Below are positions 1-14,206 of a DNA stretch of 64,000 bases, piece after piece. The DNA lies in assembly GCA_951406725.2 (NCBI GenBank), contig OX597819.1, positions 84,444,001 through 84,508,000 of the forward strand, given 5' to 3'. Positions within the stretch are counted from its first letter, which is position 1. Each line of letters starts with the position of its first letter. The notes below the pieces were generated by a model. It worked only from the letters and a program-made list of their open reading frames with translations. It was not told where the DNA came from and did no database searches. This DNA is from Octopus vulgaris. Taxonomy: Eukaryota. The position numbers were made by a program, and so were the translations under genes.

Positions 1-964
1 AATTTTGACAGTCAGGAGAGAGCATTCTGCTTGAAGACATCTTTCACATCTCAGATGATAGTCTCTTACACCAGTTACAGTGCTAGATAAGAGCTGTCCA
101 GTTGTAGGAGTGGGTGATTTTTTCTATGAGCATTGTAAGAGGAAGAATGTTTTGCCATAGATAGCAGTGACCAGTCAACTGACTTCTATAAGGATCATTG
201 TGCAGTGTTAGCATAGGTGCCATCTATCATTGTAGTAAAGGGATCCATCTAAGAACTAAATCAGTGTGAGATGTAAATGACCAGCAGAGAATGGATGCAA
301 TTCTATATTTATACAATAAGTTCTTTAGGGTTGGTACCTCAATAAAACACCATAACCATTTTTTCTTTTTTTTTTCTTTTTGTTAAAAGGAATAGTTGAT
401 ACATAACATGATTTAAAACCACTTTCTGACCTATGGGAGCCTTACAGTTTCCATTGTTACAACATTAAAAATAGGCAGTTTAAGAATAACGTTGTCTTTT
501 TATAAACACTGCTCCAATGACCCCTTGCCTTGAGAGGCAGCCTTATAAGTTAGCACAAAATCTAAAGGCTTTTTCTCTTCAGTTCAGGACTTGGTCCCTT
601 TCCCAGTGAGTATAAGATTTCAAGATGCCCATTTGAAGTCATTGATATCTAGCTGGGCTACTCACTGGATCAATGAGCACAGTGGTTAGCCACAACTCAT
701 GAGTCTGTATCCTTATCAGATTGTCTGGTTAAACAGTCAACTTTACATTATTTACTTCCAAACAACCCAAAACCTTTGATACATAGAACTGGTCACAGAT
801 TTACCAGTTCTATGCTACCAATCTTCAGTGTCTTATTGTTGCTACACACATTTAAGCAAAAAAAAAACACTTGGCAGATTGGTAAAACTCGTTTACCAAT
901 ATGCTAAAACCACTCATAGATGTGCTGTTTCTTTCCTCTACTTCTCCTACCTCTCTTCCTCTTC

Positions 965-1266
965 GCCCTTTTCAAGCCTAGCCAGGCTCAGGGGCCCGGT
1001 TTCCCAGTTTCTGTGGCGTATGTGTTCCCCCCAGCTGGACGGGACGCCAGTCCATTGCAGCATTACTCAAGAAACAGGAAGAGAGAGTGAGAGAAAGTTG
1101 TGGCGAAAGAATACAACAGGGGTCACCACCAACCCCTGCCGGAGCCTCATGGAGCTTTTAGATGTTTTCGCTCAATAAACACACACAACACCCGGTCTGG
1201 AAATCGAAACCGCAATCCTCTGACTGTGAGTTCGCTGCCCTAACTACTGGACCATTGCGCCCCCAC
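965..1266 (-). mobile_element. tRNA-derived SINE
   Basis: Minus head GGCGCAATGGTCCAGTAGTTAGGGC...GGTTTCGATTTCC (A/B boxes). Same family as 49060-49365 (+). Confidence 0.8.
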
Positions 1267-1994
1267 ACTTCTACACTTGCTACAATAATAGATTCTGCAC
1301 CTTTGAACTAGTATACTACAGACCATCACTGATCCAGATACCTAATGTCCCTATCTTTCCTCCTCCCATCATTTATGCTATGTATTACCAAATACCTAGT
1401 ACACTTCTAGTATCTTAACAGATCCTTGCTCCTTCTCTTTCAGATCCCTGACTTGTCATCTATGCAATAAGTGCGAAAGATTGTTTTAACTGGTACATCA
1501 CACATATTGAGAAGAGTATTGTTGCTGTGAGAATGATTACAACCCATGTCATTTTTTTCTTTCGCATAACTATGTAAATAACAATCTGGTGTGTTTATTC
1601 TAACGGCCTATCAAAGTATAGTGAGTTTCTTTGCCCTAGGTCTCTGGAAGATAGTCAGCAAAAAAAAAAATAGGAACAAGGCCTGAAATTTGGTGGGGAG
1701 GAGAATAGTTGATTACATCAACCCCAGTACTCAACTGATACTTATTTTATTGACCCTGAAAGGATAAAGGCAAAGTCAACCATGGTAGAATTTGAACTTA
1801 GAATGTAAGGACAGATGAAATGCTGCTAAGCATGTTGCTTGGCATACTAACAATTCTACCAGCTCACCACCTCAATAATAATAATAATAATAATCCTTTC
1901 TACAGTAGGCACAAGGCCTGAAATTTGGGGGCAGGGTGCTAGTTGATTACATCAACCACAGAGCTCAACTGGTACCTATTTTATCGACTTTTAA

Positions 1995-2214
1995 CCCTTT
2001 AGCATTCAAACCAGCCATATCCGGCCAGAATATTTAACCTGTTTTATATTGAAACTGACCAGAGCTTGCCTCTTACCTCAGCCCTACCATGTCATTCTAA
2101 AACTAAAAAATCACATCACTGCAATCTCTAAACTACAAGATAATACATGATTAATTCAAGACAATATGAATAAACAAACATCACATTTGACAGAATAATC
2201 TGAACACTAAAGGG
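1995..2214. mobile_element. TTAA-targeting MITE inserted in a SINE
   Basis: TTAA|CCCTTTAGC...CACTAAAGGG|TTAA, opposite orientation to 17305-17515. Confidence 0.8.
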
Positions 2215-2494
2215 TTAAAGGATAAAAAGGCAAAGATGGTCTTGGTGATATTTGAACTCATAACACAGAGTTGGAATTTATAATGGTTTCAAATTTTGGT
2301 ACAAGACCAGCAATTTTAGAGAAGGAGGTTAATCAATTACATCACCCCCACCCTCCACCCACTCCCAGTACATGACTGGTACTTTATTATATTCCTAAAA
2401 GAATGAAAGGCAAAGTTGACATCTGTGGAATTTTGAACTCAGAAAATAAAGAGCAAGAATGAACACCACAAGGCATTTTGTATATGTTCTAACC

Positions 2495-2665
2495 CAGCGG
2501 TTCCCAACCTTTTCACAGTGGCTCCCAACCCTTTTATTTAAATGAGTTTTCCCACTGTCCCCTTTTAATATGCTTATCCTTATATATGTATGTATATATA
2601 TATGAAATTTTGAATTTAGTTCATGGACCACCAAGGGTCTGTGGACCCCAGGTTGGGAACCATTG
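2495..2665. mobile_element. hAT (Charlie/MER5-like) MITE
   Basis: TIRs CAGCGGTTCCCAACCT / AGGTTGGGAACCATTG with an 8-bp TSD TTCTAACC (2487-2494, 2666-2673). Confidence 0.88.
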
Positions 2666-2774
2666 TTCTAACCAATCCATAATACAGGTCAAGCAAAATT
2701 TTACCAACAGAATATTACAAACCCATATGAAACCCTAAGAATTTCGTAGCTTACTACACGAACAATAAACTTAC

Positions 2775-2781
2775 ACATATC
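2775..2781 (-). CDS. Candidate 7-nt microexon (GATATGT)
   Basis: The minus strand reads ctgtcttttattcAG|GATATGT|GTAAGT. Spliced to the 6488-6525 exon it gives ...RFSIC with no stop. Confidence 0.3.
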
Positions 2782-2879
2782 CTGAATAAAAGACAGGAAT
2801 TAGCAGTGAGATGTAAGCATTTTTTTAATGTCATAATCCTATAGATATTTAACTGACGAATTATATAGTTTCAGGTGTA

Positions 2880-4195
2880 ACTACACAATTATGCCCCCAC
2901 TCTGACTTTGTTTCCTCATAGCTTTCTGAAAAATTTAATGTTTTTTAATAAAATTTTCTACAAAAACTTTTCATGGGAAGTAGATAAAAATTACATTGGA
3001 AATTGTTGTGAAAATTTTTGTTGAAGTGGATTGAGAGTGGTTTTGAATAATTCACATGCCTTCACTTTGTTTCCTAATAATTTTCTGGAAATATGTATTT
3101 TCTACAAATGGCTTTTAGATGGTGTAGATTATGATTATATTGGAATTTGTTGAGAAAAAAATGTCAAGGGGGTGGATATCGGAGGTACCTCGACTTTTTT
3201 TTTCCTCATACGTTTTGATAGATTGGAATTATATCGAGAAAAAATATACCTATAAGAACTATTCTACTCTTTCCCTTCTGGAATTCGTTAAATGGATATT
3301 TTTTTTAATAGAATGAAATTTTCCAGAAAAACCGGTATAACTTGAAAACAAAAAAAAATTAAATCACACGCTTTTCCTTCTGAAAATATTTTCAAATCTT
3401 TTTATTTTTTTTTTAATGAAATAGGGATTGCGAAAAAAAATAGGTCCAAATCGGTTTAGATGGGGTGGGGAGGGGGCAAAAAAATCATAACTTTGCGCAA
3501 AATTGTTTTTCGTAAAAAGCTTCCTCCATCATTTTGTAGGCGGTAGTAAAAAAAAGGACCCCACCCCTGTCAAAACGGAGAAGATCCAACTTAGTGGGCA
3601 TTCTGATTGGGAACACTGCAAAAAATTATCAGCGATGAATTGGTTGGTGTGGGTGTTTGATTATTTTCCAGGCCTGGAAAATTTCAAAATGTTTTTTTTT
3701 TTTAAATATTCATTTACCGAGTTCCAGAAAGGAAAGGATGAAATGGTCTTCAAAAGTACTTTGTTTTCAATATTTATAACCTACAGCATCAAAACACGAG
3801 AAAACAAAGTCGAACAGTATGAATTATCCGAAACTTCTTTCGCCCCGACTTCTTCAAAAAAGTTTTTGCAATAATTTCCGATATAACCGTAATCTACACC
3901 ATCTGAAATGTATTTGAAGATAATTTTACCAAAAAGGTATCCATTTTCAGAAACGAAGTCGATGGGGCACACTTGTGCAGTTATGTCCTGTTTCGAAAAA
4001 CAACAGGTTAGTCGATATAGTACCTAAAAAGTGACTCAAATAATATTGCATGATTCGTATAGCTGTTCCATTTGTTGTTAATGCCGCGCAACCTCAAAAT
4101 TTTGAACTTTTTTCGAAATTTTTATTTTCCTATATTTTACATGATGGAGATTCTGAATATGGAAGAAACCACGTTTTCAAAATTTTAAATTCAAT
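2880..4195. repeat. Unclassified repeat with internal TTTGTTTCCTCATAACTTTC sub-repeats
   Basis: Related to 7085-7990. 3820-3960 is an inverted match to 7140-7275. No TIR or coding motif was identified. Confidence 0.5.
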
Positions 4196-4560
4196 AGGCG
4201 CAGGAGTTCTGGGTTCAGTCCCACTGCGTGGCACCTTGGGCAAGTGTCTTCTACTGTAGCCTCGGGCCGACCAAAGCCTTGTGAGTGGATTTGGAAGACG
4301 GAAACTGAAAGCCCGTCGTATATATGTATATATATATATATATGTGTGTGTGTGAGTTTGTGTGTCTGTGTTTGTCCCTCCAACATCGTTTGACAACCGA
4401 TGCTGGTGTGTTTACGTCCCCGTAACCTAGCGGTTCGGCAAAAGAGACCGATAGAATAAGTACTAGGCTTACAAAGAATAAGTCCTGGGGTCGATTTGCT
4501 CAACTAAAGGTGGTGCTCCAGCATGGCCGCAGTTAAATGACTGAAACAAGTAAAAGAGTA
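4196..4560 (+). mobile_element. SINE (same family as 36285-36700), A-box region deleted
   Basis: Near-identical body and tail. The head jumps from GGCGCAGGAG to TTCTGGGTTCAGTCCC. Confidence 0.8.
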
Positions 4561-6103
4561 AGCATATAGATGTGTGTATAAAGAGATAGATATGAATGTC
4601 TTCCTGGTGCTAAAAACAACATTAACACCGTCTTCTATAGGACCGCCGCATTTAGTTGACAAATATATTTATGAATAAACGGATGGGGATAAATAGAAAG
4701 ACAAATAAATAAATGGATGAAAAAGTTCAAAATTTTAAATTGGGGGAGGGAGTAAAATTTGAGCTTCTTATTAAACTTTATAACATTAATTATTAAGCAT
4801 TAATGTTTGTTTCTCATAAAATGGTGTATATTTAATTTACATTCAATTATTATTTACGATTATTTAAGGCAAACACAAGTAAAACGCAAATTCTTTTCAC
4901 TTTAATGTTTTTGTCTATATTTAATTTCGATTTGCACATGTTCGTCAATTCGCTACAATCTCTTTAAGTAAATAAAATCAAAATTTTAAATTGGGTTGGG
5001 GTGAAACTAAAAAAATTTGGCAGGGCATATTCGTAATCTCCGACATCTAAAACGTAGGAATCCGAAAAAAAATTTAATGCATTTTTCAAGGAGAGGTGCA
5101 AAACTGCATTAAGTACCCGAAAAACACTCAAGCCGTAACCATCTCATGTTGTTTTTTTTTTTCTTTTTTAGGTGTAGTGTAAAGACTATAATAATATTCG
5201 AGAATTCCGGACTTGATAATTGATACATAGATATTTCTAAACTAACACTGGAAGTCCAATTCATTTTGATTTTTAATTTAGACTTAAGGTCCAGGGAAGG
5301 ATTTATCAGATACCGTCGACCAACAATACTTGACTGGTACTTTATTTTATCGACCTCGAAAAGATGAAAGGTAAAGTTAATGAATGGAAAGATTTCAACT
5401 CAAAACATAAATAGACCGGAACAAATACCATAAACAAGGTTTTTCCGACGCTATAACGATTCTGCCAACTCGCGTACAGTAAATTAAATTTGATGATTTA
5501 TTGTAAGCAACACTGATTTGGGTTTCGGGTTCGGCTAGGGGCTGAAATCGTAGGTCAACAGAACTAATTCTAACTTAGTTCGAAATATTAACCAATAGTA
5601 ACAATAATGGTTTCAAATTTTGGCACAAGGTCAACGATTTTAGAGTGAGGACTGAGTCGATAACATCGTCCCCAATATTTATGTTATCGACCTCAAAATG
5701 CTGAAAGGCAAAGTCAATCTCGACGGAAATTGAACTCGTGAACACGGATGAAATGCCACTAAGCATTTTGCCCAGAACGCTTACGATTCTGCCAAAACCA
5801 AAGATAATCCGAACCATGAATACTATTGAATTTCATTGACTATTACAGCGTGCACAAAACCCTATAGAAATCGGTCTGAAACTCTGGAAATCTTATGTTC
5901 GTATTATAAACATGGGTATCTTATTCGAATGTACAAGAAAAAGATATTAAAGAAATTAAAGATGTTTGTGTTAGTTTGTTATTAACAAGGAGAAATCTAT
6001 GCGTTTCTAAAATACTACGATGCTGTCCGTGACAAAGAAAAACCAAAAATTTGAAATCAGGCACTGAAGATTTCACGTCGCTAAAATAGAGTATTTATAG
6101 CCA

Positions 6104-6134
<31 letters not shown>

Positions 6135-6487
6135 TTCACATAATTACTAGAATTCAAAAAAAGTGTTGATCTAAATAAACAATAGTCAATTCAGTGACAA
6201 TATATCAAAACATTTCTGGATCGCAGAAACAAGTTTTAGGTACAAATTCCTGTTTCGAATCGTCATCTTCTATATATTCGAAATATAGTTAAACCTTTAA
6301 GTACATTTAAGTATTTAGTAAATATCGTTATAATTAATATTCGTATAATATGATACACAGTTGAAAACAATACAACTGCCGTGAAATTTCTATACTTTTT
6401 ATTTTTAATTTGAATAGCATAACGTTATTGGGACTTTATATTTATTGAATACATAAAATGAATACTTTAAAAAAAAAATAAACTTAC

Positions 6488-6525
6488 GAAAACCGTGAGG
6501 AACGGTTTGATAAACGTTCACTCAT
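6488..6525 (-). CDS. Putative first coding exon of an unidentified gene (MSERLSNRSSRF...)
   Basis: ATG at 6525 with 38 nt open, then a perfect GTAAGT donor (acttac at 6482-6487 on +). Lies in non-repetitive, CpG-retaining sequence. The protein is not recognised. Confidence 0.45.
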
Positions 6526-6707
6526 GATTGCTTTAATTGTTAAGTGTATCCAATACAGTATTGGGGTTTCATATTTTTAAAAATAACCGCGATCTTCCGT
6601 CAACTGAAAATAGGTCTGGTTCGAGAATAGGAAGGAGTTTCGTAAATTATCTCCCTTACTTGTTGACAGTTCATTAAACAACACATTACTCAGCCAACAA
6701 TATAACT

Positions 6708-6937
6708 ATTTCTTTATTACCCACAAGGGGCTGAACATAGAGGGGACAAACATGGACAGACATAGGTATTAAGTCGATTATATCGACCCCAGTGCTTAAC
6801 TGGTACTTAATTTATCGACCCCGAAAGGATGAAAGGCAAAGTCGACCTCGGCAGAATTTGAACTCACAACGTAACGGCAGACGAAATACCGCTAAGCATT
6901 TCGCCCGACGTGCTAACGATTCTGCTAGCTCGCCGCC
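6708..6937 (-). mobile_element. tRNA-derived SINE, young copy with TSD
   Basis: Head GGCGGCGAGCTAGCAGAATCG, core GACTTTGCCTTTCATCCTTTCGGGGTCGATAAA. TSD AACAATATAACT (6696-6707, 6938-6949). Many older copies (1670-2470, 5290-5800, 10670-10890, 19508-19630, 23610-24400, 38000-38360, 42770-42970). Confidence 0.85.
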
Positions 6938-9336
6938 AACAATATAACTTCCACTAAACAGGTGCCCCCATCAACCGCGCCCTGGATCATTTTGTACCGG
7001 GTCGCACAGAAAGAATAAATCTTAAAATTTAATTTCTATTTTATTGGCTATCGCAGTAGGCAGTATATGGGCATTATATATGTGACATACCAAGACATGT
7101 GTACCCCCCCCCCACTTCTACCACCCGATTTTGTTTCCTCATAACTTCCAGAAAAATGGATATTTTTTTGATGAAATTGTCTATAAATCTGCTGCAAATG
7201 GGGTAGGTTCCGATGACAACGGAATTTATTGTGAAAAAGATTTTGCGAGGTTTGGGAGAGAAGTTTCGGAAAATTCACATGGGTTGACTTTATTTCCTCA
7301 TAACTTTCCGAAAAATTGATATTTTTAATGAAATTTTGGTAAATTTGGAAAATACACCCGCACGCAGTTCACTAAGTAAAAAAAAAGACCTCGAATTTTT
7401 CTCGTGGAATCAAGTACCCTGATCTTCTAATATGCCACAAACCTCTTACTTTGGTTTGGAAAAAAAGTGAGGTGGGGAATAGGACCCTTCCCCTTCCCGG
7501 AATTATTGGAAATGTTTTTTTCCGTTGAATGAATTTCTATAAAATTTCATTAATATGTATCCATTTTCCTGGAAGTTATGAAGGAAAAATTGGATCATGG
7601 GAATTTTCAGAAAGTCCTCTCCTCACCTTGTGTTCGTTTGTGCAAATTTTTGTTTTCACATTCGTTTTCTACACATTTTTTACTCCTATTAGACGGGGTT
7701 TTTCTCTCTATGACAGGGAGTTAAACTATATATTAACTACTTACAGTGACTTCCTAACATGCCACAAAACACTTTTTTTGTCCGGAAAATTGGGGGTGAG
7801 TGGGGTGGAACCCTCTGAAATTTCACCCCACCCTGCCATTTTTTTTCGCTGTTTCTTTCTTTACCCATATTTTTAGATAACATTTTGCTGAAATACATTT
7901 TCGAGAGTGTGGATTACATAAGATTGAAAATTCAAACAAGTTTGAAAAGAATAAGTGAAAATGCTATAGTTAGAGAAATTAGTGGTAACGAAGTCTGGGC
8001 AGCAGATATAAAGAATGCCACAAAATTCTTCTAAAGAAATGTTTTTCTAAACTTTACCAATATTAAGATTTGCTTGACTAAACATTCCAAGGCTGTGTCC
8101 CAGCATAATAGGGAGACATTGTATAATGTAGGCATAGAAATGTAATGCTTGAAAGAAGTCATCACTGGAATGCCTTTTATAGAGTACCATACCAAATATT
8201 TGGCAAGCTGTAAACCAGAATTGGCCTGGATTTCTGGATTTTCAGTAGACAGCTTAAGAACAAACCTAAAATATGAAATAAACTATGAAAAGTAAAGAAC
8301 CAAACTGCATTTAAGAGATTCAAATTAATACACTTAGAAAGCAGGGTCTGTTTGATATTTATTAATCCATTTGAAATTTTTTAAATATATCATATTGTAC
8401 TATGTACACAGTATAATGTTTCCAAGATGAAAATTAAATGAAGAAAAAGTTAAAACCATAATTTTATTTAACAGATACAGGTACAAATTAATACGCTTTA
8501 AAGCAGGGCATGTTTAATTTTTAATAATCCCTCTTAAAAAAGGTAATGCATAAAACTATTTTAACACACCATATGCAAATTAACCAACTTCAAAACAGGG
8601 TCTGTTTGCTCAATACAGGGTACAGTATATTGTACAGTATTTCTGGATTTCTGGAAGCCAAATGAGTGATTCAATGCTGTATTAGGCCTGCTCAATCAGG
8701 ACTGAACTGGAGTTAAAGAACAAAAGAAACCATCCATCACACAAATACACATACACACCTCCAAGGAAGAGAATAAGAATAGAGAGATGATAATGTAAAA
8801 AAACATGCTATCAAAGCGTAAGCTTTAAATGTAAATAAATGCCTAAAAAATTAAAGGGTTCATTTGTTTCAGCTTTGTGAAAAGGTGCAGATAAGAAATC
8901 TCATACACCATAGGAAATGAAAAAGTTACAAAAGTGGGGATAAAAGTGTTTTTTAAACACATGAAATTTTGAGAAACACTTTTTATTCAGAATTGTAATT
9001 ATCATAAACTGAAACACAGGAATAATTTTTAAACATAGAGTAAAAAAAAATCTACCAACTTTTCATCTGGAACTCTAACAGACTTAAACAAGTTTCAAAT
9101 CATACAGGAAAAAAAATTTATTGAATAAACAGTTTCAATTCTTCACATGAAACAACAAACTTTATTTTACAAAAATTTTTCTCTGTTTCAGTAAAAAATA
9201 TGATTTCCTTTTTTAGCAAATGTAAATAAATCTTCTTAAAGACTCCAAGTGCATTTTCAACATTTTTCTTTAACCCCTCCCCTGCCCCATCTCTCTATCT
9301 ATCTGTCTATCTATCTCTTTATATAGATATAGATAT

Positions 9337-9990
9337 GGTCGCCTTTGTGCGTGGCAGATGTGCTGGAACAATAAGCCTTAAGGACACTGAGATTTAGATT
9401 CTCTCAAATGCCCTGGAGGCCCTCTTGAAGTAGTAAATAGTTACCTAGGTGACCAAGCAATGGCAGTGAATGCTCTGAAAGTATTGTTTCTAGAGTAAGA
9501 ATAAGATGGATGAAGTTCAGAAAGCTACTATCTCTGTTTGCAGCAAAAGGACTCTGTCTCAGGCTGAAAGGTAGATAGTATGACACCTTTGTATGAATGG
9601 CTATACTCTGTGGTAGTGAGACGTGGGCTCTGAAGGAGAGGACATGCCTAGACTAGAGAGGAATGAAGGGAGTACACTCTACTGGATGTGCAGCATCAAT
9701 GTGCATGAACAACAAAGTGCCAATGTGTTGAGAGAAAAGTTGAGCATAAGAGGAATCAAATGCAGCATCCAAGACAGGAGACTACATTGATTTGGACATG
9801 TGATGCATATGAATGAAGACAGCTGTATAAAGATGTGACAGTCACTGAAAGTGGATGGTACCTGTGGAAGAGGGAGACCCAGGAAGATATGGGATGGAGT
9901 GGTAAGGATTGAACTCAGGATGTTGAGGCTCACAGAGGAAATGACAATGAACCAAGATGTCTGATAATATGAGGTTCTAGACAAGATTCA
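9337..9990 (+). mobile_element. RTE LINE 3' RT fragment
   Basis: Degenerate IRIRWMKFRKLL..LCGSETW..RRLH.FGHV..GRGRPRKIW. Confidence 0.8.
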
Positions 9991-10156
9991 CTCATGTCAA
10001 TGAACCTGGGTTCCAAAAGTGTTGTGTTCTACCCACACGTAACACCAAAGTTTTCACACACACTACCCCAACAAAACAAAACTACTAACTCTCTGGCTGG
10101 GTAACCATGTATTTCCTCTACAACAGCACACCTGTTTCTGCCCTCATTCTCGATTA

Positions 10157-10202
<46 letters not shown>

Positions 10203-11912
10203 CTTTCTCTTGCTGGGTAACCATGTACCTCGTCTACAACAAAGCATCTGTTTCTGTCTTTCTGTCACAAGATCACCTCCTCCAGTGCTCTCTCTTCTCT
10301 CAAAGATTACTTGTCTTGCAAAGTTATTTGGTGACCCTTCCAGTGCAGGTGCCACTGAAAAAGCTTCCACTCCACATTGTAAAGTGGTTGACATTTGGAA
10401 GGGCATCCAGCAGTAAAAACCATGCTGAAACTAACCTCACCTGTACTGGTGCCATGTAAAAAGCTCTCAACCCACTCTACAGAGCAGTTGGTGTTAGGAA
10501 GGGCATCCAACCATAACAAAACTATGTCAGAACACACATATAAGAATGGCGCAGCCTTCTGCCTGGTCAGCTCCTGTCAAACCATCCAACCCATGGCAGC
10601 ATAGAAGGAGTATGTTAAACGACAATGATGACAACAATATATATATTATTCAGACCAGAAATTATATATATATTTCTTTATAGCCTACAGTGGGCTAAAC
10701 ATAGAGGAGACAAACAAGAACAGACAATGGGTTTAAGTCAATTGCATCGACCCCAGTGCATAACTGGTACTTTTTTAATTGACCCCAAAAGGAGGAAAGG
10801 CAAAGTCAACCTCAGTGGAGTTACAACTCAGAATGTAACAGCAGACGAAATACTGCTAAGCATTTCGCCTGGTGTGCTAACAATTCTCTCAGTTCAAATT
10901 TGTTTGAGACAAATTTGAATCTGTAAATGCTTTTCACTAAAGTTACCATAAAGGAAAATTTTCACTTTAGACACTATGATCAACTTAGAACGACCTCAAT
11001 ACACTTGTGGATACATTATGAACTCTTTAGTTCTTATCACTAGCTACCGAGACAACTCTGAGTTTACTAGAAAGCTTTGCTTCCTTTATCAAAAATCGGC
11101 AAATATCATTTTACTGATTGCGCACACTAATAAGTTAGGACAGAAAATAAACTTTTGATCAGTTCAGATATGTTTAAACCTGTAAAGGTTTTTCACTACA
11201 GTTTGCCATGGAGAAAAGTTCTCAATTAAGACCTAAAAGGTGTTAGAACACTTTACTGGGTTCAGAATTCTGTCTATGGACTGGTGAATGCATTTCAAAC
11301 TTTATAGTTCTTTATGTCTCAGTCATATTTGAACTGGCCTAAAGTTTGTTTATTTTCTGTCACTGCTTAATGCACCTAACCATATATTTGTCCTGATCTA
11401 GCAGCCAGTGAGCACAAAAAGTATATAACATTTACTGATTTCTGATAAAGGAAACAAAGCTTTCCGGTAAGCTCAGAGATGTTGCTATTGGTATGTGGTG
11501 CTGAAGAGAACTAAAAAGTTTGAAATGGATCCACCAGTCCATAGAAGGTGCTCTAAGCTGACAATGGTTTTACAATACCTTTGTATTTTGAAGTGAGAAT
11601 TTTTCTCTGCAGCAAACTGCAGTGAAAAGCCTTTAGAGGCTCAAATATATCTCAAACATATCTGAACAGGTCTAAAGTTTATTAACTGTCACTGCTTCAT
11701 ACACCTACCCCACCACTACATACATGTATGTATATTGTCATCGGCTTTGTATCGTATCCAAGAATTCAGTTTCTTCTTTGCTGAATGCTTTCTTTATTGT
11801 GATGCTGTTGATGACTGTAGACCAATTCTTGCAACCTCGTATATGTATACACACACACATACATACATGCATACATATACACACACACACATGTATATAG
11901 ATATATGTACAC

Positions 11913-12180
<268 letters not shown>

Positions 12181-12639
12181 TACTGATGAAGGCTAGTTTA
12201 GGGTTACCCTGGATTTCTCACCATAACGGGTACCTTTATGGTGTATCTTTAGACCCTGAGACCTGTTGGCCTATGGCCTTTTTAAAATATGGAGAGGGAA
12301 ATTATAGATATAAACGATGGGGATTATCTCCCTTTACTGCTGGTCATCGGCTTCTGGTTGTGTCATCCTCCTTTGGCTATGAGGGTAAAAGGTAGGGGGT
12401 TATCTCCTACTCCAGCTGTGATGTAATTATTGCTAATACCACTATTATCCTTTCTGGAGTTCAGTATGTTCCCTGGTACATGCGAGTTTTTCAGGATTTC
12501 CATGTGTTCAGTTACGCATAAATTGCAATGTTTCGTTCCATTGATGTACGGACCCAGACAGTGGAGGATTTTCCATGATATTGAGTATGGAATTCCATCT
12601 TCCTTCAGTTGCCAGAAGAGTGATAGAGGGAGTTAAGAG

Positions 12640-12880
12640 CCATAACAGGAAGGCTATCATTAGACTTTAAAATGGCTTTTGATTCAGTACATAGAGAAAT
12701 GATGATGAAGATACTTAAAGCATATGATATTCCACCAGGAATTCTGAGAGCAATTAGTAAGTTGTATGAGAACACCAGAGCAAAAATGATCACTCTTGAT
12801 GGAGAGACAGAATACTTTGAAGTCAAAGCCAGAGTATTACATGGCAACACGCTTGCACCTTATCTCTTTGCCATGAGCAT
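12640..12880 (+). mobile_element. RTE-type LINE RT fragment
   Basis: DFKMAFDSVHR...LYENTRA...GETEYFEV..VLHGNTLAPYLF. Confidence 0.7.
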
Positions 12881-13251
12881 ATATATGTATATTTTATTAA
12901 TAATTGGCAGAAGTTACAGAGTAACTCAAAGGCTAAGAGTTTTATGCATTGGCACTTCTGTCGATTATAAATAAAATATATATGTACACATACACACTCA
13001 TGTTTTGAGTTCTGTTTTTCTTTTTGTATCCCCAAACATATATACATAATTTGATGATGATTACATCTAAAAAGGAAATGCTTTATCTTCACCTTTGGTG
13101 AATGCAGTTTTTGACCATGAAGAATTGATATCACCAGACAGTATTGAACATGTTTTGACCCTGAACTGTAACATCCTCCCTCAATTGGGTCACCAGTGTT
13201 GGCTAAATCACTTCCTAGCTTGCAGATTAACTCCTCTCTCTTACTCTATAA

Positions 13252-13508
13252 CAGTGGCTCCCAAAGTGGGTGGTACTGCTCCCTAGGGGGTGGGTGGAAA
13301 GTTCCAAAGGGGCATTGAAGAAAAGTGGGGTGATAATGGGGTAGTCAAAAATAACAAAATAATAGGTTAATTAGGTTAAGTTTTATTTGTGAAATGCAGT
13401 TGTTTTGAATTTGCTTCAGAAAGAGGTCTATGTTTGTGGTGGTAAGTTGGGAGGAGGGTGCTAGGAATGTAGCCTGGGTGCCAGCCCCCAAAAGTTTGGG
13501 AACCACTG
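13252..13508. mobile_element. hAT (Charlie/MER5-like) MITE
   Basis: TIRs CAGTGGCTCCCAAA / TTTGGGAACCACTG with an 8-bp TSD CTCTATAA (13244-13251, 13509-13516). Confidence 0.88.
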
Positions 13509-14206
13509 CTCTATAACCAGCAAGAGACTCCTTCTGCTGTTTTTCCCATCATGTACATAGCTACTTTTTCTCCTTTTTTTCTTTTATTTCAGTGGCTGCA
13601 AGCATTCTCCATACTGACTGGGCAGTGAATCCTCAACAGCCAACTTGGAATAGCCATGCCTATCAATCTTTCTCTCTGCAACTTTCCAAAAGATTCTGGT
13701 ACTTTGCATGCTTCCATTCAAAGATTAGTTACCGCGTAAATAAAGTGAAACAATTCTCGTTTTAGATTGTGTTATCTTTTGAATTCAACATCGTAAATTG
13801 AATCATCATTTGTACCTCTACGTAGTTGTTCTACTTGCTAGAAATAGCAGCCGAATCTTTACCACATCGCACCGTTTTCTCTTAGTAAAAAAGAAAGTGT
13901 GTATTGCATGTAATGCTACATACAGTGTTAAAACAACGGGATAGTCACGGTTAGAAAGTTTTTAATCTTATCTGTTCAAGTAAGGCTGAACTGGTGCTAA
14001 ACGTCAATATAATTTCTAACAGAAATACAAAGTCTCAAATTTGGGGGCGGTTATAGAAGATTGAATTGATGCTGGTATTTGAATTATGTTTAATTTTGTC
14101 AGAAGCATAGAAGACGACAATTTTAAGCAATAATAAATTGACTATCAAAGGGCAGATAACTGTAAATAACTTATAGAAAGAACTCTTTAACGTTTTTCAT
14201 AAATTA

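Noticed and set aside
12183-12200. CTGATGA after a TA tract as a hammerhead or C-box
   Set aside because: No matching stem II/GAAA or D-box arrangement nearby.
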